This document shows positions 52,199 through 62,972 of a stretch of 64,000 bases of DNA, one piece after another. Source of the DNA: Ignisphaera sp. (GTDB lineage: Archaea; Thermoproteota; Thermoprotei_A; Sulfolobales; Ignisphaeraceae); contig JAWBDT010000006.1 in NCBI GenBank assembly GCA_038821645.1, forward strand, positions 1 to 64,000. The letters are read 5' to 3'. The notes under the pieces are model-generated. The model searched no databases, was not told the origin of the DNA, and was given only the letters and a program-made list of their open reading frames with translations. Both the position numbers and the translations under genes were made by a program. Every line of letters begins with the position of its first letter. Position 1 is the first letter of the stretch.

Positions 52199-53494
52199 TT
52201 AAATGTACTCATGAACATAAAGAACATCAAGCATCACACATTCTGTTCTACAACCCAAAACTTCTGCAAAACTTGGGGTAGTTCTACCATTGTCTCCAGT
52301 TACAAGTTCTTTCACGTAGAGACTACCGTCACACTCAATTAATACTTCAAGAAGATGTGGAGCTAGAGATACTATCTTTACGCGATGAACTTTTCTTCTT
52401 CTAACAATATCTTTTCTACGTCTTAGAACCCTTGTGGGTGTTCTCTGCTCGATAAGTCTATCTTTAAAAAACGATTCAAGAATATGTGTGTTTTCTTCAG
52501 AAATAGGTATCTCTGTGTACACTATTGCTCTATAGATTTTCCTGGAAGATTTAACGCTATTCTTCATTCTCGATACGAATTCTCTGTTGACTCTCATCAT
52601 TAATTTGAATCTAAGCCAAGGTGTATAACTGTTTAGAATTTTCTCTACTTCCTCGATTGATATATCTTTATTGATGGTCTTAAACTCTATCACTATAGGT
52701 CTTCCACTACCAAGAGTTCTTACATCAACATCTTCACGACCCGCAATATGTATGGCATAATCGTCGGCTTTCAGCATGTTTTTTGCATAGATAACAGCAT
52801 CTTCAATAGATAAATCGTATTTCCTTCTCCCCTCCCTGTCTATCCACTTGTTTTGTGAAATCATTCTACCAAACTTCCAGTAACGACCATATATGAGTAA
52901 TGATGAGTAGTTTATCTCTACATTACCATTCTCTATATTGACTATAAATGTTGCTCCTGGATCCTCGAAATCTATTCTTGTTCCTACTAACGACCTTACC
53001 TTTTTGCCTATTTCTCTCTTCAGTTCTCTCTTGATGGGTTCCCAATACTTTAGATCGAATTCTTTAGCTATCTCGCTCTCTCTATCCGAAGGTACATCGA
53101 TTGAGGATATACCTACAATAAAGGAAGGAACTTTTAGTGACACAATGGCTGAGGCTATTTTCTCAGAGAAGGTATTTATCCACTCCTCGATTTTATTACC
53201 ACATATATAGCAATACCGTAGACCATGTTCATGATTATCTAGGTTCAGATTTTTTAACATGTCAACTTTCTGAGCATTTAGGATTATGTTTCTAGCAGTA
53301 TCTAGATCGATTTCATTCTCTTGTAATCTCCTATGTAGATCAAGTACTATGAGCAACTTTAGAGCTTTTCCTCTATCTAGGTTGGAGAGTTCTTTACCTA
53401 AGTAGCCGAAAAGTCTTCCTAAACATCTATCACATAGAGGATATTTTTTAAGAATCTCGATAGCTTTATCTAAAATATTCATATCATTATTCAA
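52199..53494 (-). CDS. pus10: tRNA pseudouridine 54/55 synthase Pus10
   Basis: CDRCLGR, GREDVDVR and YVKELV motifs. Confidence 0.93.
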   Translation of the reverse strand: MNNDMNILDKAIEILKKYPLCDRCLGRLFGYLGKELSNLDRGKALKLLIVLDLHRRLQENEIDLDTARNIILNAQKVDMLKNLNLDNHEHGLRYCYICGNKIEEWINTFSEKIASAIVSLKVPSFIVGISSIDVPSDRESEIAKEFDLKYWEPIKRELKREIGKKVRSLVGTRIDFEDPGATFIVNIENGNVEINYSSLLIYGRYWKFGRMISQNKWIDREGRRKYDLSIEDAVIYAKNMLKADDYAIHIAGREDVDVRTLGSGRPIVIEFKTINKDISIEEVEKILNSYTPWLRFKLMMRVNREFVSRMKNSVKSSRKIYRAIVYTEIPISEENTHILESFFKDRLIEQRTPTRVLRRRKDIVRRRKVHRVKIVSLAPHLLEVLIECDGSLYVKELVTGDNGRTTPSFAEVLGCRTECVMLDVLYVHEYI

Positions 53495-54861
53495 CCCGTA
53501 TTCTCAATACCCTCTATCTGGAGTTTCGATAAATCTATACCCATTTTCTTAAAAATTCCCGTTCTTCTTTTTATGTTCTTGATCATGGTATTTACCATCT
53601 CGTAGTACTTCAGCAACTCTTTAACATCTTCAACTGTTGTACCAGATCCTCTAGCTATACGAATAATTCTTGATTTATCTATTATCTTAGGGTTCTTGAG
53701 TTCTTCGTAAGTCATAGAATCCATTATTGCGAGCCACTTCTCCATCTTTTCTTCGCTTATCTTGAGCTGTTTATCATCTATGGGAAGCATTGAGAATCCT
53801 GGTATAAGTTGTAAAACTTTAGATAATGGACCTAGTTTTCTTATGGTCTTTATCTGTAGATAGACATCTACTAACGTTAGTTTCCCTAAAGCTATAGCTT
53901 TTGATACTCTTTGTTCGATCTCTTTATGCTCTTCAATAGATTTCAGCTTATCTATAAGTGTAGGTAGATCTCCTAAACCAAGAATTCTACCAACAAACCT
54001 CCTAGGCTCAAAAACCTCAAGCTCAGGTATCTTCTCTCCAGTTCCTACAAACTTTATGATTGCTTTAGTTGCTGCTACTGCAGATAGAGCTCCACCACCT
54101 TTTGCTGTACCATCTAGTTTCGTAACAATTATGGATCCTATTGGTGTAGCTTGATGAAAACGTAAAGCGAGATCGTATGCTTTTTGACCTATTGTTGCAT
54201 CAATTACTAGAGCTATTTCATCTGGGTTTATGGCTTTTGCTATTTCCTGCATCTCTTTCAAGAGATGTTCTTCTTCACCATATCCATGTCTACCTGCAGT
54301 ATCCACGATTATTATGTTGCTACCGCTTGACATACAGATATCTCTACACTTAACTACAATGTGTATAGGGTTGTTGCTTGTTTGATCTCCACAAAAAGGA
54401 ACATCGATTGTCTTACTTAGCTGTAGAAGCTGATCATAAGCAGCAGGTCTATATACATCAGCACATATTAGACATGGCTTGTATCCATATCTTTTATAAA
54501 AGTAGGCTAATTTAGCTGCTGTAGTGGTTTTGCCTGAGCCTTGAACTCCAACCATCATCAGTATATAGGGAGTCTTTACCGGAAAAACATTAGGTTTTGT
54601 GTCTCCTCCAAAAAGAGATGAAAGTTCATCGTAAACTATCTTGATGAACCATTCTTGCTTAGAAACATAGGCTGGAGGTGTTTCTCTTAATGCTCTCTCC
54701 TTTATCTTGTTGGTGAGCTCTATAACGAGTTTAACATTTACATCGGCTCTCAGTAATGTTTTCTGAAGCTCTTTAACAAAGTTTTCTACAGCTACATGGT
54801 AAGGTTCTCTACCCTTTAAAAAATTTATAACAAGATTCTTAATTGATTCTAGAAACGACAT
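53491..54861 (-). CDS. srp54: Signal recognition particle protein SRP54
   Basis: GVQGSGKTTT, DTAGR and TKLDG motifs; M domain. Confidence 0.96.
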   Translation of the reverse strand: MSFLESIKNLVINFLKGREPYHVAVENFVKELQKTLLRADVNVKLVIELTNKIKERALRETPPAYVSKQEWFIKIVYDELSSLFGGDTKPNVFPVKTPYILMMVGVQGSGKTTTAAKLAYFYKRYGYKPCLICADVYRPAAYDQLLQLSKTIDVPFCGDQTSNNPIHIVVKCRDICMSSGSNIIIVDTAGRHGYGEEEHLLKEMQEIAKAINPDEIALVIDATIGQKAYDLALRFHQATPIGSIIVTKLDGTAKGGGALSAVAATKAIIKFVGTGEKIPELEVFEPRRFVGRILGLGDLPTLIDKLKSIEEHKEIEQRVSKAIALGKLTLVDVYLQIKTIRKLGPLSKVLQLIPGFSMLPIDDKQLKISEEKMEKWLAIMDSMTYEELKNPKIIDKSRIIRIARGSGTTVEDVKELLKYYEMVNTMIKNIKRRTGIFKKMGIDLSKLQIEGIENTG

Positions 54862-54869
54862 AGAGAATG

Positions 54870-55265
54870 CTACCTAATTCTATATATAAACCTTCTACCA
54901 AGTACAGACCAGTATTCTACCTCTACACCTGGTCCTAACTTAGATCTTACTTCTTCATCTGTTGGTAGATCTACTTCAAAGGTTTCATAATTCTCTAGAT
55001 CCATTAACTGTACCTTATTGCCGAGCACAGCTATAACTTGACCGTATCTTTTATCGATTATGGGTATCTCAACTCTCTGGTCAGCAGGACCTACCAATGT
55101 TTTTCTAGAACCTGTGAACAAACCTATGGCCACTACATGCACTTTAGCACTACCATGTTTACCTGTTTTAGCTCTAGAGATCTCTACAACTCTACAGGGC
55201 TCACCATCTATAACTACGTAACTACCATTCTTAAGATCTCCTAGCTCACCATATTCTATAGACAT
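54870..55265 (-). CDS. eif5a: Translation factor aIF5A
   Basis: KTGKHGSAK hypusine site. Confidence 0.96.
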   Translation of the reverse strand: MSIEYGELGDLKNGSYVVIDGEPCRVVEISRAKTGKHGSAKVHVVAIGLFTGSRKTLVGPADQRVEIPIIDKRYGQVIAVLGNKVQLMDLENYETFEVDLPTDEEVRSKLGPGVEVEYWSVLGRRFIYRIR

Positions 55266-55413
55266 TCTATCACCTACTATACTCTGTTGAATAAAAGGGA
55301 ATAAAAATTGTAATTACATCTATTCTGAAAAACTAGTGCAATGTAAAACACTTAAAAGTTCTAGTCAACAAAAATAGACTAAACATATCATGTTTTGTTA
55401 ATGGTGTAGAACA

Positions 55414-55755
55414 ATGATGTTCTGTCCCAAATGTGGATCTATAATGAATCTAGATACAAAGAAACGTATATGGAGATGCAGTAAATGTGGTTACGAATTT
55501 GTACAAGGAGGTGCTAGTAAACAACATACATATTCGAGAGTAATAAAGCATGTCGAGAAGGAGAAAACAGTTGTTGTAGAAAATGAAAAATCTTCTGCAC
55601 CACCAACAGCTGTATTAATAAAGAATGAAGTTAGATGCCCTAAGTGTGAATATAACGAGGTCTATGCATGGCAGATCCAGACAAGAGCTGCTGATGAACC
55701 GCCAACAACTTTCTATAAATGTGCTAAATGTGGATACACTTGGAGAGAATACTGA
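55414..55755 (+). CDS. tfs: Transcription factor S (TFS)
   Basis: Two Zn ribbons; QTRAADEP with the DE pair. Confidence 0.93.
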   Translation: MMFCPKCGSIMNLDTKKRIWRCSKCGYEFVQGGASKQHTYSRVIKHVEKEKTVVVENEKSSAPPTAVLIKNEVRCPKCEYNEVYAWQIQTRAADEPPTTFYKCAKCGYTWREY

Positions 55756-55762
55756 GTTAATG

Positions 55763-56317
55763 CTAAACATATTCTTCATCTCTTAAGAGTATACCTAAGT
55801 CAAAAACATTTTTAACCACAAGTGCAAGAATCTTGCCTTCAGATAAGAGTTTACCTAAGTCAGAAGGATCTATCACTAGCTTACCTATACCTATAGCACT
55901 CATATCTTCGGAATCTAGTACAGCAACATACATATCTTTTTCAACAGGATAAAGAAATCTTTCAACAGATAAAGCTAGAAGATCTCTACCATATAGAAAA
56001 GCCTTAACACCATGCTGTTTAGCTACAACGCTACAGCCAATACTAAACCCCTTTTCTCTAACCATATTGAATAGATGTGTTGAAGGTATAAATACCGAAC
56101 TCTTCTCGATCCAGCCAATTATGATCCCTACAGCTACAACATTAATGTTGATTAGATCTATTGTAGACATGTTCTTTGGAATTAAGCAAACACGTTCTCT
56201 GTACCTATTTTTACTAAACAGCTTCACATCATAATCACACAAAATGGTATTGAGACACTCTTTACCAAAACATTTCTCAATATATCTAGAGACAATAGAG
56301 CTCAAAACAATCACCAA
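55763..56317 (-). CDS. NIP7-like PUA-domain ribosome biogenesis protein
   Basis: FLYGRD and DLGILLR motifs. Confidence 0.75.
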   Translation of the reverse strand: MVIVLSSIVSRYIEKCFGKECLNTILCDYDVKLFSKNRYRERVCLIPKNMSTIDLININVVAVGIIIGWIEKSSVFIPSTHLFNMVREKGFSIGCSVVAKQHGVKAFLYGRDLLALSVERFLYPVEKDMYVAVLDSEDMSAIGIGKLVIDPSDLGKLLSEGKILALVVKNVFDLGILLRDEEYV

Positions 56318-56340
56318 ATAACATTAACCAGACTTTGCTC

Positions 56341-56592
56341 TTAGCTCAGATCAGTTGAGTCATTGCTCACAAGAATTTTTCTTGCTATACCGTGAGATAG
56401 AGCTATTCTTCTACCGAGACCTGAATCCAGAGATATTACTACATGTCCTTGAAAAACACCAAGAATCTTTACAATAGCTCCTCTATATATACCCATACTA
56501 ATTAATCTACTCTTTAAATGCAGATCCACATTTACATCGATAACTTTTACACAAGAACCTGGTGTTACCTTATCTAGCGATACTATAACCAA
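56341..56592 (-). CDS. feoA: FeoA family protein
   Basis: RLISMGI...IALSHGIARKILV. Confidence 0.85.
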   Translation of the reverse strand: MVIVSLDKVTPGSCVKVIDVNVDLHLKSRLISMGIYRGAIVKILGVFQGHVVISLDSGLGRRIALSHGIARKILVSNDSTDLS

Positions 56593-56811
56593 GTTCTACA
56601 CCCTTTACCCAAGACACAGCCGCATCACATTTCCTCTAGCTATGACCATCTAAATACAAATTCGAAACTTGTTTTATAAGTTTAGATGTGTCTAAAATAT
56701 AGTAAAGTAATTGATTTTAAGTTACACGATAAGTAATGATGGTGTGTCGAGATCTAGATATATTCTTAGTATATGTAGTTAGAGACATGGATAGTATAGA
56801 TAGCTAGCTAA

Positions 56812-57312
56812 TTATCTAGTTGTCTGTACATGATATCCTATATACTCTTCCAATATCTTTAGAATCTCTTCTATATTCTTAGTATTTGAGATATGTTTTG
56901 CTAGTATATGAGCTCCAAGAACTTCTGAAAGCCATTTAGTTAAATAACCTCTCGTTATATGCTCTACAACAATTTCTGGTGAAACAAATCCATATCTTAC
57001 CGCTATATAGAGTTTCTCAACACTATCAATCACAAGGGGTAATGGCAATCCTTTCTCATCTGTAAACAGATAAGCTGCATCTCTACTAACGATTTTATGT
57101 CCAAGTTTCTCACCCTCAAGTACAAGTTTAGCTTTTTCTGAAATCACATACCTACCATTCTTTTCAACAATATATCCCATCCCAACTAACTCTTTAACAT
57201 ACTTACGTAATGTTGAAGAAGAAAGTCCACTTATATTCAATAGATCATTAAATGAGAATTCAGTACCAACATTACTTAAAAGTTTTAACAACCTTTTACT
57301 ACCTACACCCAT
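56812..57312 (-). CDS. wHTH transcriptional regulator with DUF5752-like C-domain
   Basis: GLSSSTLRKYVKELV HTH; C-domain EHITRGYLTKWLSEVLG. Confidence 0.65.
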   Translation of the reverse strand: MGVGSKRLLKLLSNVGTEFSFNDLLNISGLSSSTLRKYVKELVGMGYIVEKNGRYVISEKAKLVLEGEKLGHKIVSRDAAYLFTDEKGLPLPLVIDSVEKLYIAVRYGFVSPEIVVEHITRGYLTKWLSEVLGAHILAKHISNTKNIEEILKILEEYIGYHVQTTR

Positions 57313-57799
57313 CGTTACTCACTCTCTAGATATAACATAAAATGTATAAATATAAAATAAGTTTTGTAGTAGAACATTTTAACTAGTTATAACCCTTAAC
57401 TAGAAATACCACATAATGGATAATTGGATTGACTAAGTCTATCTATAGACTCAACAAATTCAAGAAAATTAATCTCAAAAACCCTTTACATACAACTTAA
57501 TCAAATACTCTATCCACCTTAATATATGAATTAGAATAGTGATACCTGATATATTTTCTAAGGCTACATAGATGATATCACTATGATAATTCATAACAAC
57601 AAGATTAGACTCTCGCTATATTACAATAATTAATATTCATGAACCGATATAGCTGCGGAATAATTGTTAGAGACGTCATTAATGAGTTTTATGAAAAATG
57701 AAAGAAGATATCATCTGTAGTGTTCTATTGAATATCAGCAACTAAAAGATAAATATAAATAATTGGCTTTGAGAATGAGGTTACTCTAGGGAAGATTAT

Positions 57800-58904
57800 G
57801 ATTAAGTAGTAGGTATTACTTTATATCATTAAGTATAGCTCTAATTGGTTTCATTATCAGGTTATTTATAGGGATAGAGGTATGCATGGAACAGATATCC
57901 TATTTCATGTAGAGAGTGTCAGAAGCCTCATTCTAACTGGTTCCCCTTACTGTCTAGCTAACTACAATTATCCACCGCTTTATGCATATTTACAGCTCAT
58001 TGACATACTTGCTATTGGTTGGAACACTTTGGGATACAAGATTATGAGGATATTATTTGATGTAGCTCTATCCATCCTCATATACGTTACTCTAAGAAGT
58101 CTAGGTATAGATGAAAGAGTATCTATTGTCATTCAATCTCTATGGTGTTTCAATCCCTTAGCTATAGTAACATCCTCTTGGTATGGACTATTCGATTCTA
58201 TACCAACACTATTTTTACTTCATCACTACTTATGATGATTAAACGAAGAAATATTATTTTCGGCTTTGGCATTATCTCTAGGTATTGCATCTAAATTCTT
58301 TCCTATAATATTCTTACCAATAAATTTATTCATTATATTCGTAAGAGAGAGAAAGATAGATAGTATAGGTAGATATTTCGTTCTAGTGTTACTGATAATA
58401 ATATCGATAGAGCTTGTGTCTGTATATAGATGTCTAGACGATGCAATTAAAGATCAATTCTTATTCCATATTAATAGAGAAGATAAGGGTTTATCTCTAA
58501 TTCCATGGTTTCCATATTCAAGTCTACTCTCCTTAGTGATTCCAATGATACTCTCTTTATTACTACTTCTATACACTAAATCTATTAGTTTAATTAATAT
58601 CTATGCAATAGCTACTATAGAATCTCTAGCATTAATTCTACTCAATCCATTTGTTTATCCACATTATATTATATGGAGCTTACCACTAATGCTAATCACC
58701 TTAACACTGATTGTTCATAGTATAACGAAAGTCTCTATACTAGGAGTAACACTTATAACGATTTTCTCTATAGTTGGTTTGGGATACTGGAGGTTCTATA
58801 AAGTACCTTCAATTGCTATAACATTAAGCTATATATACAATCTATGTTTATTAACAATATTCTTGAGTTTATTAAAACTTTACCCCAGATTAGTAAATCG
58901 TTAA
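57800..58904 (+). pseudogene. Frameshifted GT-C (PIG-M/GT87-like) membrane glycosyltransferase
   Basis: NYPPL, FNPL, GLFDSIP, SKFFP and PHYIIW motifs split by TGA-TGA at 58233-58238; first TM is in another frame. Confidence 0.7.
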
Positions 58905-58911
58905 AACTTCT

Positions 58912-59694
58912 TCATAGATCTAATCTACATAAATGTATATAGTCCTTGAGATCCTGCATACAGATAGGTTTAATCCATTCTAGTCTCCATATTTCTTCAA
59001 CAAACTTTAGATAGTCTTTACCTCCAATCATTCTGACACTATTGGTGTGCCAAAGAATTGTGGCTAGCTTGATCCCTTCATTTGATAATATCTTCAGTAT
59101 CTCTATAAGTTTTTCATAAGTGTTTAATGGGTTTATTTTCCAGTATGAGAACATGTATGTATCCATAATAGTTATAGGTAACTCAATAACATCTTTAAAT
59201 AGTATACATCCGCTATTCTTTTTTGAAACTCCATATCTATAGGGCATCAAACTGCTATCAAATTTTATACCTATAGTTTTAAGCATCGGTATCACGTTGG
59301 GGTTTATCCTTAGGTAATGGACTCTCATACTGACAACTGGTTCCACATACACTTTCTCTACCATCATCTTTTCGCTAGCTATAGAGTTCAGATCTTTGCC
59401 GTTGTTTGCATGTAGACCAACCTCCCATCCACCTCTTCTAAGTTCTGAAACTATATCGCTATACTCTTCAACTGTTGAACCATCGTCATATACTGGTCTA
59501 AAGAAGAAGGTGGACTTTACTCCTTGTCTCTGTTCATACTCCATTACGAGTGTTATGCCATCGTATATATTGTCTCGTAAAGTGAAGAATCTTAGTCTAT
59601 CGTTTAAGTCGAATCTGTTTAATCTATCTAGAACATGGTTTACAGAAGGGCCTTTCCGTCCCCAATCAACATCGTGTGTCAATACTAACAGCAT
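58912..59694 (-). CDS. Polysaccharide deacetylase (CE4-like)
   Basis: THDVD, STFFF, EVGLH, RVHYL, FDSS and LWH motifs. Confidence 0.85.
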   Translation of the reverse strand: MLLVLTHDVDWGRKGPSVNHVLDRLNRFDLNDRLRFFTLRDNIYDGITLVMEYEQRQGVKSTFFFRPVYDDGSTVEEYSDIVSELRRGGWEVGLHANNGKDLNSIASEKMMVEKVYVEPVVSMRVHYLRINPNVIPMLKTIGIKFDSSLMPYRYGVSKKNSGCILFKDVIELPITIMDTYMFSYWKINPLNTYEKLIEILKILSNEGIKLATILWHTNSVRMIGGKDYLKFVEEIWRLEWIKPICMQDLKDYIHLCRLDL

Positions 59695-59732
59695 ATATAG
59701 TACCTCCTAAAGTGGTTTGTGTCTGAGGTAAG

Positions 59733-61550
59733 TTGAGAGATTGCATAGTTTTAGCCTCTATAGCATCTAGAAAATCTGTAGCTATAGCTAAATCTATAAA
59801 GAGTTTACTAAAGCTTGCAATTGTTGGCGTGGCTCATACGTGTCATCCGCATATCTTCTCTAGGTACTTCGATAAAGTGTATATGGTTAGAGTTGATAGA
59901 AGCGATAACGAGTGGGTTTACTTGGTATTAGATATAGCTAAAAAATGCCGATGTAGAGCTGTTTTACCTATAGATTTTATAGATTTCTACATATTCTCGA
60001 AAAATAGAAGATATTTTGAGGATCTCGATATAATCCTCATCTCTCCTCCACATGAGAGTGTTGTTTTAGCATCTAATAGAGTTAAATGTAGAGAGATCTT
60101 AGGAGATATTGCTCTATATCCACGCCAAGTATTTATAGAGAAAGAAGATGATATCGAAAAAATCTATAGTCTAGAGCCACCTATAGTGGTTAAGGGTCTC
60201 GGTGATGCCTCTAACCCATCGTTTCATTTAGGTTATGAAACAGCAGTTAGAGAAGCTTTATCTAGATCTCCTGTTGTTGTTCAAGAATATATCGAAGGTA
60301 TTGCTAGAGGGTATTATGCGTTAGCGTTCAATGGAGTCCCAATAATCGAATTCACTCACCAGAGAGTTGTAGAGTATACACCTATTGGTGGAGCTAGTTT
60401 AGCAGCTCAGGGTATAGTGAAAGACCCTAGACTTATTGAATTGGGTAGAAAGATTGTGGATAGACTTAGGTGGAATGGGGTACTAATGGTCGAGACTAGG
60501 TATATTGATGAATTTGGTGACTATTATATAATTGAATTGAACCCTAAGTTCTGGGGAAGCATAGATCTCTCTGAATCGCTGGGGTATAGGTTTTCAGCAC
60601 TTTTAGTAGCTCTATATCTTTATGGTGTCGATCGTGCTTTAGAGTTAAAGGAAAGACTATATGCTAGAGATGGATCGTTTGTATGGCTTCTCGATGGTTT
60701 TAGATACCTACCGAAGATACCTAGAACATGGCTAAAGTTCATTAAGGTAAGTCTGTCGAATCCCATACGAAGTGATGTAGATTTAAGTGATGGACCTAGA
60801 GTTGTTATCCAGATCATAAAAGCTCTCCAGAAATTTGGGTCTGAGAAAAATAGATGGATACAGTATCTATCTAGTTCAAGAGAACAGCTAAACACTTGGT
60901 TCAACAGATTTCAAAAATTTTTACTAAGCTCTAAAAGGGTTGTGGTATCAGATTTCGATGCCACATTAGTTAAGCTACCTATTAATTGGATCAAGTTAAG
61001 AAGGTTATTGATTGAAAAAGGTTTTCTGCATAAGTGGGAGACTATTAATAGAGCTCTCACTAGATATTGGAATACAGATCTAGATCTATATCAAAAGCTT
61101 TCTGATGCAGTTAAACAATACGAGGTTAGAGCTGTAGATAGTGTAGAGTTGCTTGTAGAACCTAATCTACTAAATGAACTTAGAGAACACACAAAAATCT
61201 GTATAGCTACGAAACAGCCAACAGATGTAGTGACCATTATACTAGATAAAATAGGATTGAGTAACACTATAGATTATATTGTTGGTAGAGACAGTGGATT
61301 TGGACCTATAAAGAAGATCCTCTACAAAAAATGCATAGAACTTTGTAAAGGTGATGAAGCTATCGTTATCGATGATAATCTTGAATATCTTGTTGAAGCC
61401 TACAGATTAGGGTACATACCAATCCATGCTACATCAGATCTCTACTCAATAGCTAGAAGCTATCGAATCGGAATACCTGCTGAAGAAACGAACAAACTTA
61501 TATCCTTTATAATCTCAACAATAGAAAGAGCTAGCCATAAGAAGAATTAA
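59733..61550 (+). CDS. ATP-grasp ligase fused to a HAD-like phosphatase
   Basis: QEYIEG and IELNPKFWGS (ATP-grasp); DFDATL, ATK and IDDN (HAD). Confidence 0.8.
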   Translation: MRDCIVLASIASRKSVAIAKSIKSLLKLAIVGVAHTCHPHIFSRYFDKVYMVRVDRSDNEWVYLVLDIAKKCRCRAVLPIDFIDFYIFSKNRRYFEDLDIILISPPHESVVLASNRVKCREILGDIALYPRQVFIEKEDDIEKIYSLEPPIVVKGLGDASNPSFHLGYETAVREALSRSPVVVQEYIEGIARGYYALAFNGVPIIEFTHQRVVEYTPIGGASLAAQGIVKDPRLIELGRKIVDRLRWNGVLMVETRYIDEFGDYYIIELNPKFWGSIDLSESLGYRFSALLVALYLYGVDRALELKERLYARDGSFVWLLDGFRYLPKIPRTWLKFIKVSLSNPIRSDVDLSDGPRVVIQIIKALQKFGSEKNRWIQYLSSSREQLNTWFNRFQKFLLSSKRVVVSDFDATLVKLPINWIKLRRLLIEKGFLHKWETINRALTRYWNTDLDLYQKLSDAVKQYEVRAVDSVELLVEPNLLNELREHTKICIATKQPTDVVTIILDKIGLSNTIDYIVGRDSGFGPIKKILYKKCIELCKGDEAIVIDDNLEYLVEAYRLGYIPIHATSDLYSIARSYRIGIPAEETNKLISFIISTIERASHKKN

Positions 61551-61921
61551 CAATAGATAAACCAATACCAAACCTACAACAATTACCATCACCACTACCA
61601 CTAGACTTTATGTACAACATGTCTTGAACTTCACACAATTGTGAAAACCCAAGTAGACAAAAACATTCATAAACTAGAGAACTTCAAATTAAGTGAACAG
61701 AAAACATCATCATAAATACCAATATATTAGACTATTTCCAAATAACTTATACAATAAAATAAACCTAAATCATAGATTTTCACCTAGAAAATCCTTTGTA
61801 CCTGTTAATGTTATTAACTCATTGACACTAACAGATTATAGATATAGCTATATAATCAATAACCATTGCATATAATATACTTTTGGATACTATTTGAATG
61901 TGTGAATATCTAGTTGTTTAA

Positions 61922-61997
61922 TGCGGCGGCCGGGATTTGAACCCGGGATCTCCGGCTTGGGAGGCCGGCGTCCTAGACCAGGCTAGACGACCGCCGC
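61922..61997 (-). tRNA. tRNA-Gly(CCC), no intron, CCA not encoded
   Basis: GCGGCGG acceptor stem; anticodon arm CCGGC-CTCCCAA-GCCGG; GGTTCAAATCC T-arm. Confidence 0.96.
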
Positions 61998-62076
61998 CAT
62001 AGAGATAACTCATTTTGTCTGGCTTTTTAACGTTTTGTAGATGTATACTTGATGTATTTACTGTTTTATGTTCATG

Positions 62077-62946
62077 TTATTCTTGAACTTGATTGTAGAA
62101 GTTTTCATGTATTTTTTTCTGTATTGTGATGAGTAATTTTGTGTCTGGCATGATTACTCCTTGTCTTTTGTGGTGACTAGATCTATATAGTTTCAGTATC
62201 TTGTTTATTTTTTCTTTATCAATGCTTGTTATCTCTGGTATCTTGTTTTCTGGTATCCCTAGGTCTATGTATGCTGTAAGTACTAGGTCTATGTCTTCGT
62301 ATTTTATTCCTAGTTCTTCTTCTGCTAAATGGTTTGGCCAGAGTCTTGGTGCACTAGGTTTTCTGATTATTTTGTTTGGTATACCTAGATGTTGAGCAAA
62401 GCATCTCACTTGTGATTTGTAGAGTATTGTTAGTGGTGCTATATCTGCTGCACCATCACCATATTTCGTGAAGTATCCTATAAGGTATTCGCTTCTATCT
62501 CCTGTTCCTAGGACTAGGTGATTGAGTTTATTTGCGTAGTAGTAGAGGATGCACATTCTTAATCTAGCTCTCAGATTTCCTAGAGGAAGTCTATCAGTTG
62601 TATCGTTACTGTAGAGAGGTATCAATTCTTTAAATATTTGTACAGCTCTCGAGATATCTATTATGTGGTATTCTATACCAAACTTCTCTACAAGTTCTAT
62701 AGCGTCTTCCACATCATCTCTAGGAGTGGTATCAGTATCTGGTAGTATTAATGCAAACACTTTCTTTGGTCCTACACTTCTTACAGCAAGAGCTAATGCT
62801 GTAGCAGAATCTATGCCTCCGCTAACCCCAACTACATAACCACTTCCTCTAGACTCCTCTAGATAGTTCATCAAGAAACTTGATAGAGAGTATTCAACAG
62901 CACTGTAATCTATATCCACTACATGTTTTAATGTGAGTCGAGGCAT
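62077..62946 (-). CDS. nadE: NH3-dependent NAD+ synthetase
   Basis: SGGIDS, NLRARLR and GYFTKYGD motifs. Confidence 0.95.
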   Translation of the reverse strand: MPRLTLKHVVDIDYSAVEYSLSSFLMNYLEESRGSGYVVGVSGGIDSATALALAVRSVGPKKVFALILPDTDTTPRDDVEDAIELVEKFGIEYHIIDISRAVQIFKELIPLYSNDTTDRLPLGNLRARLRMCILYYYANKLNHLVLGTGDRSEYLIGYFTKYGDGAADIAPLTILYKSQVRCFAQHLGIPNKIIRKPSAPRLWPNHLAEEELGIKYEDIDLVLTAYIDLGIPENKIPEITSIDKEKINKILKLYRSSHHKRQGVIMPDTKLLITIQKKIHENFYNQVQE

Positions 62947-62972
62947 AAGCCATCTTATTTAGAGTATAGGTT

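Noticed and set aside
44476-55265. Long co-oriented information-processing superoperon
   Set aside because: Conserved archaeal gene order, not novel.
56603-56650. 14-codon ORF upstream of feoA (MVIARGNVMRLCLG)
   Set aside because: Could arise by chance; no supporting evidence.
61560-61920. ORF 61693..61875 and a possible integrated-element att site beside tRNA-Gly
   Set aside because: Low-complexity AT-rich sequence; no duplicated tRNA 3' end or integrase seen.
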